Below, piece after piece: positions 62,471-64,000 of a stretch of DNA of 64,000 bases (the first letter of the stretch is position 1; each line of letters starts with the position of its first letter). Source of the DNA: Octopus vulgaris (lineage: Eukaryota); NCBI GenBank assembly GCA_951406725.2, contig OX597817.1, positions 169,136,001 to 169,200,000 on the forward strand, given 5' to 3'. Below the pieces are notes generated by a model. That model was given only the letters and a program-made list of their open reading frames with translations, made no database searches and was not told the origin of the DNA. A program made the translations under genes and the position numbers.

Positions 62471-63598
62471 TTCTTCTACTAACTTTCCTAAGTATTAATT
62501 TATTCCTGAACTGAACACTTTGGTGATCCCTAAACTGAACATTTTGATGTCCATCAAACTGGAGCACCACAGTTGTTCTCATCCCCATGCGACCATGAAT
62601 TTTCCTTCATAGAACTAAACATAGGCCTGATCTTGTTACTACTTCTTCCATACAACCTAATTTATCCAAACACACTCTACCACCAGATTTCTTAGATTCC
62701 AAATTTTACCAATGCTCCAATTGATTCTATAACTGAAGAAATTATCAAGATATTTAATGGAAAAATAGTCACTAACAAAAGCTTTGATTCCTCCAATGCT
62801 GAAAACAATCTGTGCAACAATTAATTGGGAGATCCTAAACAGCTGTAACTTTTGTAGTGAGCTCTCATCTTCATATTTCGTCTTTGAAAAAGGGAAGTGT
62901 TTTAACGTTATTACAAAATTTAAATAAGGCTAATTAATTTTGCAATAGCGTAAAAATTTAAATAATCCATTTACGTGAATGCTTTAGTAAAGGTCACGTT
63001 GTTACAGAATGGAAAATATTATACTATGCCAAGAATTAAACTGAGACATTCTGTCACCATTCGGCCATAAACTCATGCAATTACAGCTCCAAGTTCAAGT
63101 GACTTATGCAAAGAGAGTCAATAAATCTTAATACCAAACATTGGTTAAAATAAGAGAACCACAGATTGATTTCCCGAGATTCTTGATTCCATCAGTATAT
63201 TCATTTAACATCCATTTTCCATGCTGGAATGGGTTAGACAGTTTGACAAGAGCTGGCCAACTGGAGGGCTGCACCAGGCTCCAATTGTCTGTTTTGGAAT
63301 GGTTTCTAGGGCTGGATGCCCTTCCTAATGCTAACCTCTTTACAGAATGTCCAGGGTGCTTTTTTATGTGGCACTAGCACAGATGCCTTTACATGGCACT
63401 GGATGGATATTTTTATGTGGCACTAACATTGGTGCTTTTACGTGGCACTGGCACATGTGCTGTTATGTGGCACCAGCACAGGTGCCCCTTTAAAAGCACA
63501 GGTGCCCCTTTAAAAGCACAGGTGCCTTTATGTGGTACTGGTGTGGGTGCTTTTACATAGCACCAGCACCTGCAAGCTCACAAGACAAAGACCTCTCA

Positions 63599-63655
<57 letters not shown>

Positions 63656-64000
63656 TGGCACTAGTGTAGCTAGAGTGTGTGCCACCCGGGGCAGCCCTTC
63701 TGTTTGCTGCCCCCAAACTCCACAAAAACACATATTGCCTACAACAATAGCCTACACAAAGATGAAAAGCCCCTTTAAAAGTGCTGCCTAGGGCTGACCA
63801 CTCCTACTGCCCCTGATCCACTAGTAAGTGGGTGTCATGGCCATAAAGGACATGTCTGTATGTATGGATGGCTATGATTTTATATAGCTCAACCTGTCTT
63901 CTCAAGCATAGAAAATCACCGAAAGTTTCAGTTCCTTGTCATCTCCTCTGTGAGGCCTAACATCTAAAGAGCCTTTCTCACCACTTCGTTCACGTCTTCC

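Overview
Repeat-dense, AT-rich animal genomic DNA. It is most likely octopod cephalopod, inferred from the SINE and RTE repertoire and the abundant (TA)n, (CA)n, (GATA)n and (CAT)n microsatellites. One host gene can be reconstructed with confidence: a 7-exon mitochondrial aminomethyltransferase (glycine cleavage system T protein, AMT/GCVT) on the + strand, ATG 14764 to TAA 54065. Its CDS is 1242 nt (413 aa), all introns are GT-AG with matching phases, and they range from 1.4 to 13.8 kb. The rest is transposon and microsatellite sequence: a near-complete decayed mariner, mariner/piggyBac/hAT/Merlin-like MITEs, RTE, CR1 and Dong/R4 LINE fragments, a Penelope-like GIY-YIG fragment, a Helentron-like fragment and several tRNA-derived SINE families. 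Most ORFs in the supplied track are repeat or microsatellite artefacts. The most interesting signals are six minimal type-I hammerhead-ribozyme-like motifs (three share a non-canonical CUGUN(G/A)AA core in a short Penelope-derived element abutting (TA)n tracts), a modular tandem array in the RTE 3' UTR, multi-level nested insertions, and many inverted repeat pairs inside the AMT pre-mRNA. Repeat boundaries were read by eye and are approximate; no database search was run.
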